Below the pieces are notes generated by a model, which searched no databases, was not told the origin of the DNA, and saw only the letters and a program-made list of their open reading frames with translations. Shown here in pieces: positions 1 to 11,840 of a DNA stretch of 64,000 bases. Source of the DNA: Zootoca vivipara (lineage: Eukaryota); assembly GCF_963506605.1 (NCBI RefSeq), contig NC_083292.1, forward strand, positions 34,658,001 to 34,722,000, in the 5' to 3' direction. Positions within the stretch are counted from its first letter, which is position 1; every line of letters starts with the position of its first letter. A program made the position numbers and the translations under genes.

Positions 1-177
1 TAAACTCTGCCCACAGCAACAGCCACCAGCTCAGATGGCTTTTGAAGAGGATCCCACAAATTCATAGAGAGGGCTATTGATGGCGACTAGTCATGGGGGC
101 TGTCAAATTCGGTGGGAATTGCAAGACCGGAGAGTTGCTTGTCGCGCTCAGGTTCTGCTTTCGGGCTTCTGATACCT

Positions 178-320
178 GGGACAGCTCAGTCGGTAGAGCG
201 TGAGACTCTTAATCCCAGAGTAATGGGTTCGAGCCCCACATTGGGCAAAAGATTCCTGCATTGCAGGGGGTTAGACTAGATGACCCTCGGGGTCCCTTCC
301 AACTCTACAAGCCTGTGATT
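178..320 (+). mobile_element. tRNA-Lys-derived SINE with CR1-type 3' tail
   Basis: AGCTCAGTCGGTAGAGCGTGAGACTCTTAATC...GGTTCGAGCCCCAC (A/B boxes, CTT anticodon), then GACTAGATGACC...CCCTTCCAACTCT. Other copies at 38373-38518, about 57453-57590 and about 26326-26380(-). Confidence 0.85.
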
Positions 321-1233
321 GGGGCATTTGGCTGGCCAATGTGAGAACAGGATGCTGGGCTCGATGGGCTGTTCTTATGTTATTGAGATATAAGAACATC
401 AGAGCAAAAGAAGAGCTTGCTGGATTAGTCCCATGGGCCCCTTTAGTCCAGGATCATGATAACGATGATGTTGATAACAATTTATTTTATTTGCATACCA
501 TGCAAAAGACTTTGTTCCTGCATTTGAGAATGGACGCCAGGCCAAGACCATCCCATCCCTATAGAAGGAAGATGCCACTGCCAAAGAAGATGAAGGAGAT
601 TGGCAAAACAAACTAATGAACTATGCTGGACACACCAGACAATTTCTCCCCCCCCCCCTTTCCTTAAAAAAAAAAGGAGGGAGAAATGTTCAGGCATAAT
701 CAGCAAGCTTTGTGTATTGGTTTCTACAGTAGTTGAACTTCAAAGGTCACTTGTAATCACATGTATAAGGTTTTAAAACTGTATGTAGGTTTTATTTTAT
801 TTGTTTTTTAATCTTATATTTTGGAAATGTACGTCCAGGGGGTTTTTTTCCTTTTAATTTTTTTGGGGCCCCCAAGAGAGTGGGGCCCTAGCTATAGCTT
901 GTTTAGCTTTTACGTAAATCCGCCACTGGATAGAGGTGCCCTTGACAGCTACGCTTTGCCTCCACAACTGGAGGCAGTAAGTTTCTGACTACCTCCTGGA
1001 AACCAAAGGAGAGGAGAGCGCTCTTGTGCTCAGGTCGGGCTTGTAAGCTTCCCATCAAGGTATATTTGGAAGGCCAGAGAGAGAACAGGATGCTCGACTA
1101 GATGGGCCACTGGCCTGATCCAGCAGGCTCCTCTTATGTTCTTCATAAGCAGATGCTTGTGAAATATTTGCTGGGGTGCTTTGTCCCTAAACTACACCCC
1201 ACCTGCCGGTTTGGTGGGACACAGATTCTACAG

Positions 1234-1554
1234 CAGGGGTCCCCAAACTAAGGCCCAGGGGCCGGATGTGGCCCAATCTCCTTCTAAATCCGGCCCGTGG
1301 ACGGTCCGGGAATCAGCATGTTTTTACATGAGTAGAATGTGTCCTTTTATTTAAAATGCATCTCTGGGTTATTTGTGGGGCCTCCCTGGTGTTTTTACAT
1401 GAGTAGAATGTGTCCTTTTTTAAAAAATGCATCTCTGGGTTATTTGTGGGGCATAGGAATTCATTCATATTTTTTTTCGAAATATAGTCCGGCCCCCCAC
1501 AAGGTCTGAGGGACAGTGGACCGGCCCCCTGCTGAAAAAGTTTGCTGACCCCTG
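1234..1554. mobile_element. hAT (Charlie-like) MITE, TSD TTCTACAG
   Basis: CAGGGGTC...GACCCCTG TIRs, perfect 8-bp TSD and an internal tandem duplication of about 71 bp. Second copy at about 40708-40952. Confidence 0.9.
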
Positions 1555-4072
1555 TTCTACAGCTTTAAGCACCGGCACATGATGCTCGGCGCATCATCTG
1601 GCAAAGTTTTCCACCTGTTCCCATGGCCTCCCTAGCATCGATCTCCGTTGCCAAGGCTTCGCTTCATCAGCCGAGAGGAACAACGAATCACATAAACTCT
1701 AAAACAAACACAGTGTTGAAACGGCTGCTTTGTGGTTAACCAGGCATGGAAGCCACCAGAGGGCCGAACCCATCTGTGAATTCGGCAGGCAGCTTGAATT
1801 CAAATCCAGTTAGCTGTGACCAAGGTGGGGCTGAGATCCTGTTCGAGGTGATGCAACCATTTGCATGAGTTCATGCTAGCAAATAGATCCGAGAGAATGG
1901 TGTGTTAAAGGTTAAGGTTGCCAGCATCCAGACTCGGTGTGCGTGCATGTGGTGCTCCTGTGCCTTTTAAGGCAGGGGTTGCCAACCTTTCGGGCCCTAT
2001 TTGGATTTATTATTATTATTTTATTCAAAGAATAACAAATAGAAATACCCGTTATCTCCCACAAACCTGGAAAGTAAGCTGGAGCCCATGTAGATATTTT
2101 GATTAGTGACGGTGCACATTTGGGTTCTGGAAAGAGTGATGTGAGCTTCACCAATTCTGGTCACTACACCCCCCCTCCCAACATTTCTCCGATGAAAATA
2201 GGAACGTCCTATTCTGTTGTTGTTGTTGTTGTTGTTGTTGACACCCTGCCTATCTGTCCGGGTTGCGCCAACCACTGTGGGCAGCTTCCAACATATATAA
2301 AAACACAATAAGACATCAAACTTTAAAAAACAACAACCCAAAACTTCCCCGTACTTCCGATGTCGTCTAAAGGTTGTATAGTTACTTATCTCCTTGGCTC
2401 GCATAACTCCATACCCTCCTACATTTCTCCGATGAAAATAGGGGCGTCCTAAGGAAAAGTGGGACATTCTGGGTGGGATGGAATCAGAAACCGGGACGGC
2501 TTCTGTAAATCTGGGACTGCAGACCCTGGGAAATAGGGACACTTGGAGGGTCTAACATACTGTGAGACAGAAAGAAAGTGTCCACAAAGTGCACCCTTCA
2601 CAGTTCCCAAAAGTAGGGCGCAGCTGAATTAATCTGAGTCCCCTAAGAAGCCTGAATATCTCAAAGAGGAAGTCGGAAAGAGCTTTGCCCTCTCAGCTTC
2701 CTCCTTTAGAGTTCTAGAGACTTTGTGAGGGAAGAAAAAAAAGGAACCTCCCTCGCTGCCAAGGGAGGGGCTGAAAGGTATTGTGGGCACTGGAAGGGAC
2801 ACCTCATGGGTGCCTCTTTTGGAGACCCTTGTTTTAAGAGTTACTGGGATTTTCACGTAGTACGGCATCTCTCATTGCCAAGCTGACAGGCCCGCGGGTG
2901 AATCAGCTGTATTCGAAGCTTTAAAAGATGCAGGAGAAGGTATATGCCTACTATATGGAAGTTAACGACTGGACAACAAAAATGGATTTTATGCGCTCTA
3001 ATGGTAGCCAAGAGGTTGATATTGAAGAACTAGAAGAGTAAAGGCAATATATCCTTTAATCAGTGGATCGATCATATGATAACACTTGCAATCTAGGAAC
3101 AGACTGCTTACAGAAGTAGACTCTGCTTGGATAAATACAGCAATATTTGAAACGAATGTATACAAAATGCAGTAGGCTATTAATATTTCTATGAGTATTG
3201 GGATGATAATATCAATTTTTTGTATATATTCACATAACACTTCCCCTCCCCTTTACACAGTTCTGTGTTTTGTTCTTTTTGTATCACTTTACTGCTTTAT
3301 ATTTGAATTTACATTTCAATAAAATATCAATTAATAAATGATACAGGAGAACAGTGCCGCGGAGCATGGACAGAGTACACTCCCTGATTGCAAAGATTGC
3401 TGCCAACTTCTCCCCTGACCGTGCCTTTTAGCAACAGTGCAGAAATGTCACCTGCGGACACTTCTCACCCTCCATTATTTTATCTCTGTGTCAGGCAAAA
3501 GCTTTTGCCTGTTCACATGTTCGTTTTGCTCTTCAGAGGCACAGGAGGCAGAAAGAAAAGTTAGCAACGGCGGCCTCTGGAATCTAGGACGTTACGCCAA
3601 GCAGCCCCAGACCGAGTTAGTGAGCTCTTTCCGAAAGGTCAAGAAACAGGAGCCCAGTTTCCTTCTGGATCCTGTCTCCTAAAACCTGAATACGAATGAA
3701 GGATCTGGATTGATTTAGCTGGACTCTATGACTCACAAAGAGATGTTGTAATGTGGAAAAGGCGTTGGCTGGCCTAGAGATTGGAGGCTGGGGGATTGCC
3801 AGCTTCTGATAGCCATGGGCAAAATTCAGAGCTTGACATCTTAACATGCAGGGGTGCGTGGGTGTGAGACCTCTGAGCTGCACATCTGGAATCTGTGTGG
3901 ATATCTCAAGAGGAAAAGCCTCCTCTTCCAGGAAGGGCTTGCTCCCAGCCAGAAATAAGGGGAGACGGCTGCGACTCCCTGGCAGAGCACCTGCTTTGAG
4001 TGCAGAAGGCTCCCGGTTTGATCCCTGCCATCTCCTGTTACGGCTGGGAAAAGAGGGCCGGTTGGCTGGAGG

Positions 4073-5022
4073 CAGTGGCAGATTTATGTATAAACTAAAC
4101 AAGCTATAGCTCAGGGCAGGCACCCCCAGATTTCGGCCCTCCAGATGTTTTGGACTACAATCCCCATAATCCCTGATGATCCCTGTTAGCTAGGGATCAT
4201 GGGAGTTGTAGGCCAAAACATCTGGAGGGTGGTAGTTTGGGGATGCCTGGCTTAGGGCCCCACTCTCTTGGGGGCCACAAAAAATGTAAAGGGGAAAAAA
4301 ACACCTGGATGTACATTTCCAAAATATAAGATAAAAAACAAATAAAACAAAACCTACATACAGCAACTGTGTTTTGTGTTGTGTAGGCTCCTATGATGTA
4401 AGTCATGGGCCCCGCCTGCTAGCCTGCTCCCTGAAATATCACTGGCTTGCTCATTTCTATATCAATCACGTCAATAAAATACATATTTTGTTATGTGCAA
4501 ATGGCTTTAGATACCTGTTAGGTTCATAAATTACCATATTGCATATATTCAACACAAAAAACAGCGACAATTTGTTGTTGACAAAGGATAGCTGGATATA
4601 TAAAGGGCCCCATTACCTCCAGTAGCTTAAAGGTAAAGGTAAAGGGACCCCTGACCATTAGGTCCAGTCGTGACCAACTCTGGGGTTGCGGTGCTCATCA
4701 CGCTTTATTGGCCGAGGGAGCCGGCGTACAGCTTCCAGGTCATGTGGCCAGCATGACTAAGCTGCTTCTGGCGAACCAGAGCAGCGCACGGAAACGCCGT
4801 TTACCTTCCCGCTAGAGCGGTACCTATTTATCTACTTGCACTTTGACGTGCTTTCGAACTGTTGGTTGGCAGGGGCTGGGACCGAGCAATGGGAGCTGAC
4901 CCCGTCGTGGGGATTCGAACCGTCAACCTTCTGATCGGCAAGCCCTAGGCTCTGTGGTTTAACCCACAGTGCCACCCGCGTCCCAGTAGCTTAGGGCCTC
5001 ATCAAACCTAAATTCGGCCCTG
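4073..5022. mobile_element. hAT (Tip100-like) MITE, TSD GCTGGAGG, with two nested insertions
   Basis: TIR CAGTGGCAGATTTA / TAAATTCGGCCCTG. Uninterrupted inverse copy at 57596-58043; fragments at about 775-928 and 14452-14535. Confidence 0.88.
4630..4985 (-). mobile_element. Sauria SINE with TSD AGTAGCTTA
   Basis: Head GGGACGCGGGTGGCACTGTGG and (ACCTTT)n tail; nested in a hAT MITE. Confidence 0.9.
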
Positions 5023-5104
5023 GCTGGAGGCGATTGTCATTCACTGCAGGCAACCGGCTGGCTGGCTGTTGAGCATCTGCTTTGCATGCAGACGATTCCA
5101 GGTT

Positions 5105-5441
5105 CATAGAATCATAGAATTGTAGGGTTGGAAGGGACCCCAAAGGCCATCTGGTCCAAGCTGTGTCTCCCCGCTTGTCACTTCCCCCCCAGGATGATGG
5201 GGAACCATTAGTGAGCACTCTTTGGGTTCGGTCAGCCAACCAGCTCAAATCCACCTAACAGTTACCTTGTCCAGCCCGCATTTGACCAGCTTCTCTACAA
5301 GAATATCATGGGGGGCTTTGTCAAAAGCCTTACTGAAATCAAGATACGATATGTCCGCAGCATTCCCCTGATCCACCAAGCTTGTAACTCTTTCAAAAAT
5401 GAGATCCACCTGGCATGACATGTTTTTGAGAAAACCATGCT
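5105..5441 (-). mobile_element. Decayed CR1 LINE fragment
   Basis: QHGF, YLDFSKAFDK and QRVL RT motifs joined to a CR1 3' tail (ATTCTATG repeats). Confidence 0.8.
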
Positions 5442-6578
5442 GCACCCAGCGCAACCGAACCGGCCGTGATCCCCTAATTTTGCCTCGGCATGAGATGGGC
5501 CCAGTATAGTGACTGGCTCCAGTCAAGTCTTGGTTGCGAGTTACTGCCATATTGCCTTTCTGGATCAAACCAAGGATTTGCCCAGTTCAGCATCCTGTTT
5601 CTAACAGAGGCATTCTAAAGCGAGGCCTGAAGGCGGCAGCCCTTCCTCCCTGCTGTTCATCCCCCAGAAGCAGGCCTTCTGTGGTAGACTGCCCCTGCAC
5701 AAGGAGGCTCCGTTTGAGCTTGCATAACTAAAAGAGCTGCTGGGGAAGGAGTTTGGGGAAGGCTGAGGCGGCGGTGGAAACAATCTAGAAAGCATCACAG
5801 AGAGCAAAAGTAAGCCCATTGTGGCCAGTTGATAAGTATGGACGGATGTGAAAGTGAGGATGCATAGCCGTTTCAGATAAAGCGATGAAAAATAAAAGGA
5901 GCTAAAAGCAACTCACCGGATGAGAATGTGGATGGCAAGCTTGAGCGGTGAGGCAGGGGACTAGGTGTGGTTTAGCATCTCCCTCTTATGCAGTTTCATG
6001 GGGGGTCCCCAGAGATTGAGGCCGGTAGAAGCAGGAACCCGATCTCGTTGCCAGGATCTGTCCTGAGGGACTGCTGGCATCCAGCCATCTTCTCCTCAGG
6101 TTGTGAACAACTCTTTTTCTTTTCTCCTCCCCCTTTTCCTGCTTTTAAATTAACTTATTTACTGAGGCTCGTTCATAGATATCCAAAAATACATACCCAT
6201 CACCAAGTATATATTTTTTAGAATATACTACGATAAGACAGCTACTTGGGCTAAAAAAGGAACAAATTCAGAAAGGAGAAAAGGCAAGAAATGGAGAGAC
6301 CAGGAAAAAAGAGAAAGGGAGAGAAAAGGGGAAAGAAAGGAATAACTACAAAAATATAGAAAAGAGTAAAAGGACTTCCGGCTCTCTGTCCTGCAGCTAC
6401 ATATAATATTCAGTCTTTAAAATCCAACCATTCCATCTTCAATAAACCAGTATTTCCCCCCCAATCTTCAATATTACAAGTTCATTTTGTCTTTCCACAA
6501 GAAATTTCCAATCCTTAACAAATGTTAGTAAAGATTATTCTCCTTTGCTGTCTCAGCCAGATCCAATAATTTTTCAGC

Positions 6579-6623
<45 letters not shown>

Positions 6624-6938
6624 TTATTATTTATACCCTGCCCATCTGGCTGGGTTTCCCCAGCCACTCTGGGCGGCTTCCAACAAAATATTAAAATATA
6701 ATGGTCTGTTAAATATTAAAAGCTTCCCTAAACAGGGCTGCCTTCAGATGTCTTCTGTAAGTCTGGCAGATGTTTATCTCTTTGACATCTGGTGGGAGGG
6801 CGTTCCACAGGGCGGGAGCCACTACTGAGAAGGCCCTCTGCCTGGTTCCCTGTAACTTGGCTTCTCGCAGCGAGGGAACCCCCAGAAGGCCCTCGGTGCT
6901 GGACCTCAGTGTCTGGGTTGAACGATGGGGGTGGAGAC
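6579..6938 (-). mobile_element. L2 LINE 3' fragment (host of the Gypsy insertion; resumes at 10967-10988)
   Basis: ORF2 C-terminus RAFSVVAPALWNALP plus a (TTA)n tail; same family as 41970-42737. Confidence 0.85.
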
Positions 6939-7289
6939 TGTTGTGACGTGGGGTTTGTGATTTCAGCTCTCTTGACAAAACATGCTGGAGACAGTTCTCT
7001 AGTAACAGCTCTTTATTAAAGTGAACAAGACTGAAGACTGAGGAGAGGAAAGCTACATTTATAGGGACAGGGGACTAGCTAGGAAGGGATACATTTTGGA
7101 GGGAACAATATCAAGCAATCACAGTGCTGCCTTTTGGAGGAAACCAATAAGACAGAGGATCCAAATACAGCAGCTTAAATGAACCAATAGTAGCTGTACC
7201 TTCTGGAACCAAAAGGCAGTTACTTTACCTTAATGCAAATACATACAATAGTAGTACAGATATAAAATCCTTTGACTCAGTACACAACA
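6939..7289 (-). repeat. 3' LTR of the Gypsy element (351 bp)
   Basis: TGTTGTG...CACAACA inverted termini, directly after the PPT. TATAAA at 7063-7058 and AATAAA at 7017-7012. Confidence 0.9.
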
Positions 7290-7300
7290 CCCCTCCCCCC

Positions 7301-10300
7301 CTAGTGAGCACAGCAGACGTAATCCCTCAGGTACTGTGGGGTCCTACAACTTCTACCTGATCTCCTGACAACAGGTGTTGCAGGTTCTGGATTGGGTGTT
7401 ACCTGTGGTGGAGGGGCTGCTATAGGGGTTTCATCAGGAACAGATGGAGTCCCAGACATCTCAGGGTCCCCGACCTGTACCTCGTCATCATGAGGACTAG
7501 CAGACCCTGGTTCATTTGCTGAAGCCCCTGGTGACTGTACCTCTGGACCATTTTCACTCTGGTCTTGCAGCTGTGCGTCATTAGCCAGGGATGAATTATC
7601 TGACTCCTCCCTGCTGAGCGCCCGGCGCCTCAGCTGATCTATATGTCTCTTCCAAACTTGCCCATTTTCCAAGGTCACATAATAGGACACAGGTCCACTA
7701 GCCCGGGTGATCACACCGGCCACCCACCGCGGACCTCGTGAATAGTTCCTCACCCAGACCAGATCTTCAGGGGCGAGATACCTTGTTGTGTCAGTCTCAG
7801 CCTGGGGGGTTGCTCTTGAATTACGGTTTGGCATTTTATCTGGGTGGACATAATCCAGCACCGTTACCAGTCTTCTACCTAAGAGCAGCTCGGCTGGCGA
7901 CTTGCCCGTCGCAGTACACGGCGTCGCATGCTGCAAAAATAACATTCGCACAATGCGAGCCCACCAGTTACCCTCCATTAAGCGCGCAATGGATTCTTTG
8001 GCTGTTCTTACCATGCGCTCAGCCTGCCCATTGGAGGATGGGTGAAAGGGCGCGGATGTGACCCCTCTTATAAAGTTATCAGCCAAGAATGCCCTGAATT
8101 CTTGGGATACAAAAGCTGCCCCATTATCTGATACAATGGTCTCAGGTAACCCGTGGGTAGCAAACAGCTGCCTCAACACCTTGATTACGGCAGCTGATGC
8201 CATGCTAGGGACCATTGCCACTTCTAACCATTTGGAATATGCATCAACGATAACCAAAAAGACCTTCCCTTGGAATGGCCCAGCAAAATCTATGTGCAGC
8301 TGGCTCCAGGGAGTCCTGGACTGCTCCCACCAGTGGACTGGTGCTCTGGCCACTTCTGGCCGCACCTCTTGGCATGCCTTGCATGTTCGTACCCATTGTT
8401 CTATGTTCTGGTCCATTCCAGGCCACCACACATAACATCGGGCTAGCGACTTCATCCTGACCATTCCCGGGTGTCCCATGTGAAGCGTCTCAAGAACCCT
8501 GTTTCTCAGTGGTGCTGGGATTATCACCCTATCTCCCCATAGGAGACAACCCTTATGCATGGACAATTCGTGCTGCCTTGTCGCATAAGGCCTGAATTTT
8601 TCTTCATGCGGACCACCTGGCCACCCCCTCCCCACCCAAGTGAGCACACGGGAGAGAACAGCATCTTTCCTAGTTTTCTCAGCTATATCCGTAGCTGTTA
8701 CAGGAGCCCCCGGAAGTGTTTCTAGCATCATAATGTGCTCCGCCGGAGCAGGATCCTCATTGCTCCCGCCAGGAAGGGGCAATCGACTCAGCGCATCAGC
8801 ATGGCACAACTGTTTCCCCGGCACATGGGTCAAGGTGTACTGGAACCCATTCAGGAATATTGACCAACGCAACATTCTGGGGGAGAGAATTTGTGGTGTT
8901 TGTTTGTTTGGGTTGAACAACCCTAACAGTGGTTTGTGGTCCGTTTCAATGGAGAAATGGCGACCGTACAAATAATCATAGAACCTTTTGATTCCGGACA
9001 CAATAGCCAGTGCCTCTTTATCAATTTGAGCATAGTTGCGCTCTGTGGGCGACAACGTACGGGAATAGAAAGAGATGGGCTTTTCCGACCCATCCGGTTC
9101 CCTATGACTCAGCACAGCCCCCAGACCGTATTGAGAGGCATCACATGCCAGGACCAGCGGCTTTGACTCATCATAATGAGCAAGGACGCTCCTGCTACTC
9201 AGCATTCCTCGCAAGGAGTCAAAAGCCTTCTGCTGCTCCCGCCCCCATCGCCACACATTCTTTTTCTGCAATAGTCTATGTAATGGTTCAGCTACCGAAG
9301 CTTTCTGGGGTAAGAACGAATGATAAAAGTTAATAAGTCCCAGGAATGACTGCAACTCCGTCTTGTTCTGTGGTCGTGGTGCCTCGATGATGGCCTTAAT
9401 CTTAGCATCTGTGGGGTGGATGCCTGATGCATCAATTTTAAACCCCAAGAAATCCACAGTTGGCACCCCAAAACTGCATTTTTCTTTTTTCAGTTGCAAC
9501 CCCACCTCCTTGAACTTGAGCAACACTGCACGGACACGCGCAACCAGTTCCTGTGGGTCTTTTCCAGCAATCAAAACATCATCAAAAAATGGCAAGACCC
9601 CCGGCAGACCTCTTAACAGGCGTTCCATGAGCCCTTGAAAAATCCCTGGGGCCACACAAACTCCGAACTGTAATCTGTTAACTCTGAACGCCCCTTTATG
9701 TGTGACAATAGTCTGTGCTTCCGCTGATTGTGGGGTTACTGGCAGCTGTTGGTAAGCTTGTGCCAGGTCAATTTTGGCGAACACCTTGCCCCCAGCCAGT
9801 TTAGCCAACAGATGTGATACGACTGGAATGGGGTATGAGTTTCCCCTGAGTGCCTTATTGATAGTACATTTGTAATCTGCACATATCCTGACTTCCCCAT
9901 TTGCTTTAAGGGGTGTGACGATTGGAGTCTCCCACTTAGCAGAGTCCACGGGTGAGAGAACTCCCTGCTTGACCAATTTATCCAGCTCTGCCTCGATCTT
10001 GGGTTGCAGTGCAAATGGCACTCGCCTTGGTTTGAGTCGGATTGGAGCCACCCCGGGGTCCAACTCGAAGTCAACTGGGGGCCCTTTATAACAACCCAGT
10101 TTTCCATTAAAGAGACCAGCAAATTCCTTGCATAATACCTCACTCATCTCAGGGCAGGTTTGGATTGAATTAAGCCCTGAGATACTCAGTCCCAGGGCAG
10201 GGAACCAGTCAGTGCCCAGGAGACTGGGGCGACTGCCCTTCGCAATCACCAGTTTGAGTACAGCCTGTTTGTCCCGGAACTGTACTCTCACGGCACACAT

Positions 10301-10966
10301 TCCCATAACATGGATGCGGCCTGCTGAGTACGACTGCAAGGTTGCCGGAAAGGGCTCCAGAGGGGGCAACTTACCCCTGGGGAAGAATGTCTTCGCGGTC
10401 TGGTCCGACACGATGGTGAATGCGGATCCGGAGTCCACCTCCATGTCGCACTGCTGACCCTCAATCTTCACCTTGACGTGTGCCTTGCCTTGCGCTGGAA
10501 ACTGCACGGCCCTCCCGTTGATCTCCGTTACGTAGTGGCAGTCCTTTAGAAAACGAGTTGCTGTGGGCGGTCTGCGATGCTCCAGTCTAGGTGCTCCTGT
10601 CGCTCCCGACGCCGCCGATCTACAGACCCTGGCGATGTGACCCGTCTTTCCGCACGTCCGGCAGATAGCATCCCTGAAACGACAACTCTTCCTTTCATGG
10701 TTTCCGCCACAACCTGGGCAACTGCCTCGGCGATCTCTGTGCACTGTGCAGGCCTGACGCACCGACTCGACCCCACGGACTGGGCTCTGGCTCGGAGTAG
10801 CCTCTAGCTCGTCCATGGCATGCGCAACTTCTATCTGTGGCTTAGTGGCCTTGCGACTGGCATCAAGCTCCTCTCTTTCATAATTCTCCGTGGCGGTGGC
10901 CTCTTTCAAGGCTGAAGCAAGGGTAACCTCTTCTTTAGCCACGATGCGTCTTCTGGCTTTCTTGCT
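7301..10966 (-). CDS. Ty3/Gypsy gag-pol polyprotein, N-terminally truncated, otherwise uninterrupted
   Basis: Zn knuckles (CPGCGGNHERKSC, CRTCGKTGHIARVC), protease VDSGS, RT (RICADY, FFDD), RNase H (CDAS, KEAL, TDHKPL), integrase HHCC plus D-D-E (HIDFAGP, SDNG, AERM). Order PR-RT-RH-IN is Gypsy and resembles Mag/K02A2.6-type elements. The frame stays open past the called GTG (10942) up to the junction near 10966. Confidence 0.95.
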   Translation of the reverse strand, partial: SKKARRRIVAKEEVTLASALKEATATENYEREELDASRKATKPQIEVAHAMDELEATPSQSPVRGVESVRQACTVHRDRRGSCPGCGGNHERKSCRFRDAICRTCGKTGHIARVCRSAASGATGAPRLEHRRPPTATRFLKDCHYVTEINGRAVQFPAQGKAHVKVKIEGQQCDMEVDSGSAFTIVSDQTAKTFFPRGKLPPLEPFPATLQSYSAGRIHVMGMCAVRVQFRDKQAVLKLVIAKGSRPSLLGTDWFPALGLSISGLNSIQTCPEMSEVLCKEFAGLFNGKLGCYKGPPVDFELDPGVAPIRLKPRRVPFALQPKIEAELDKLVKQGVLSPVDSAKWETPIVTPLKANGEVRICADYKCTINKALRGNSYPIPVVSHLLAKLAGGKVFAKIDLAQAYQQLPVTPQSAEAQTIVTHKGAFRVNRLQFGVCVAPGIFQGLMERLLRGLPGVLPFFDDVLIAGKDPQELVARVRAVLLKFKEVGLQLKKEKCSFGVPTVDFLGFKIDASGIHPTDAKIKAIIEAPRPQNKTELQSFLGLINFYHSFLPQKASVAEPLHRLLQKKNVWRWGREQQKAFDSLRGMLSSRSVLAHYDESKPLVLACDASQYGLGAVLSHREPDGSEKPISFYSRTLSPTERNYAQIDKEALAIVSGIKRFYDYLYGRHFSIETDHKPLLGLFNPNKQTPQILSPRMLRWSIFLNGFQYTLTHVPGKQLCHADALSRLPLPGGSNEDPAPAEHIMMLETLPGAPVTATDIAEKTRKDAVLSRVLTWVGRGWPGGPHEEKFRPYATRQHELSMHKGCLLWGDRVIIPAPLRNRVLETLHMGHPGMVRMKSLARCYVWWPGMDQNIEQWVRTCKACQEVRPEVARAPVHWWEQSRTPWSQLHIDFAGPFQGKVFLVIVDAYSKWLEVAMVPSMASAAVIKVLRQLFATHGLPETIVSDNGAAFVSQEFRAFLADNFIRGVTSAPFHPSSNGQAERMVRTAKESIARLMEGNWWARIVRMLFLQHATPCTATGKSPAELLLGRRLVTVLDYVHPDKMPNRNSRATPQAETDTTRYLAPEDLVWVRNYSRGPRWVAGVITRASGPVSYYVTLENGQVWKRHIDQLRRRALSREESDNSSLANDAQLQDQSENGPEVQSPGASANEPGSASPHDDEVQVGDPEMSGTPSVPDETPIAAPPPQVTPNPEPATPVVRRSGRSCRTPQYLRDYVCCAH

Positions 10967-11791
10967 GCTCCTTCAGGTATACTGGACCAAGAAGCTACTC
11001 TTCTTTGGTGGGTTGGGCGGTTAACAACTCTTGCTTGAGCCTAGATTAGGATTCTCTTGGCTTTATCAATGGTCTGCCTGAAGGTGGCCAGCTTTTAATT
11101 TTAGGAGGGCTCCTGCACCTTTAATGCAGGGACAGGGAACCCGAAGCACCCCCCCCCGCCTAATGTGTGTTGTTCTTGTATTGTTTCAGGGCTTCCTTGG
11201 AATGAAAGCGGGAGAGAGAGGCAGGTGGCAGAAAGAGGAAAAAGCGGGTGGCTTCACCCAGTGTTGCGGACTAAAAAGAGAGAACTTCTGTTGTGTCTTA
11301 AACACAAGCAGATTTTTGCGCGTGGGGTGTGCTACTTTGTCATCCGTTTGATGTCGAGGTGCCACAAACGGAGAACTACATGCTGTAATCTGAGGGCCAC
11401 ATTCCTTTCTGGCCAACATTTGGAGAGCCATAGTTTTATCCCCCCCCAAAAAACAACAACAACAACCTCACAGCTAACTTACAGCTGGCTCTCAGCTTCT
11501 CTCTGCTCCACCGATTTCAAAGCAGAGAGGCTGTTTATTCTTTTGGCGAAAGGCATAATTTGAAAGGCGTAATTATCTTACAATGTTATTACCAACAGTT
11601 GAAAGAAAAATACACATTGGCAGCTGCAGCTGCGTGTTTGTGGGAAGAAGCTGGTTTTACGCTGCCTTGCCAACCCCCAGGCACATGTTCACACTAGGGA
11701 CTAGAAACTTCCTCCCACCTGAGCCTTCAGAGATTACACTTCCCAATAATCCCGGGGAGGAATTGTGAAGCACAACAAGTCTTGCATCCTG

Positions 11792-11840
<49 letters not shown>

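Larger units (their letters stand above)
6939..10966 (-). mobile_element. 5'-truncated Ty3/Gypsy LTR retrotransposon
   Basis: gag-pol ORF, polypurine tract GGGGGGGAGGGG (7301-7290) and a single 3' LTR. No 5' LTR or PBS found. Confidence 0.92.

Noticed and set aside
178-250. tRNA-Lys and tRNA-Ile-like sequences as true tRNA genes
   Set aside because: Acceptor stems are broken, there is no poly-T terminator, and each continues into a CR1-derived tail, so they are SINE heads.
5700-5766. Plus-strand LKELLGKEFGEG resembling an S100 helix II (possible pseudo-exon)
   Set aside because: Bounded by stops, no upstream TFHxY motif, no partner exon, and on the opposite strand to the cluster; compatible with chance.
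7301-10942. Domesticated Gypsy-derived host gene
   Set aside because: It retains PPT and LTR, lacks an initiator at the truncation and sits in a young L2 copy. Recent insertion explains the open frame; cross-species conservation would be needed to revive the idea.
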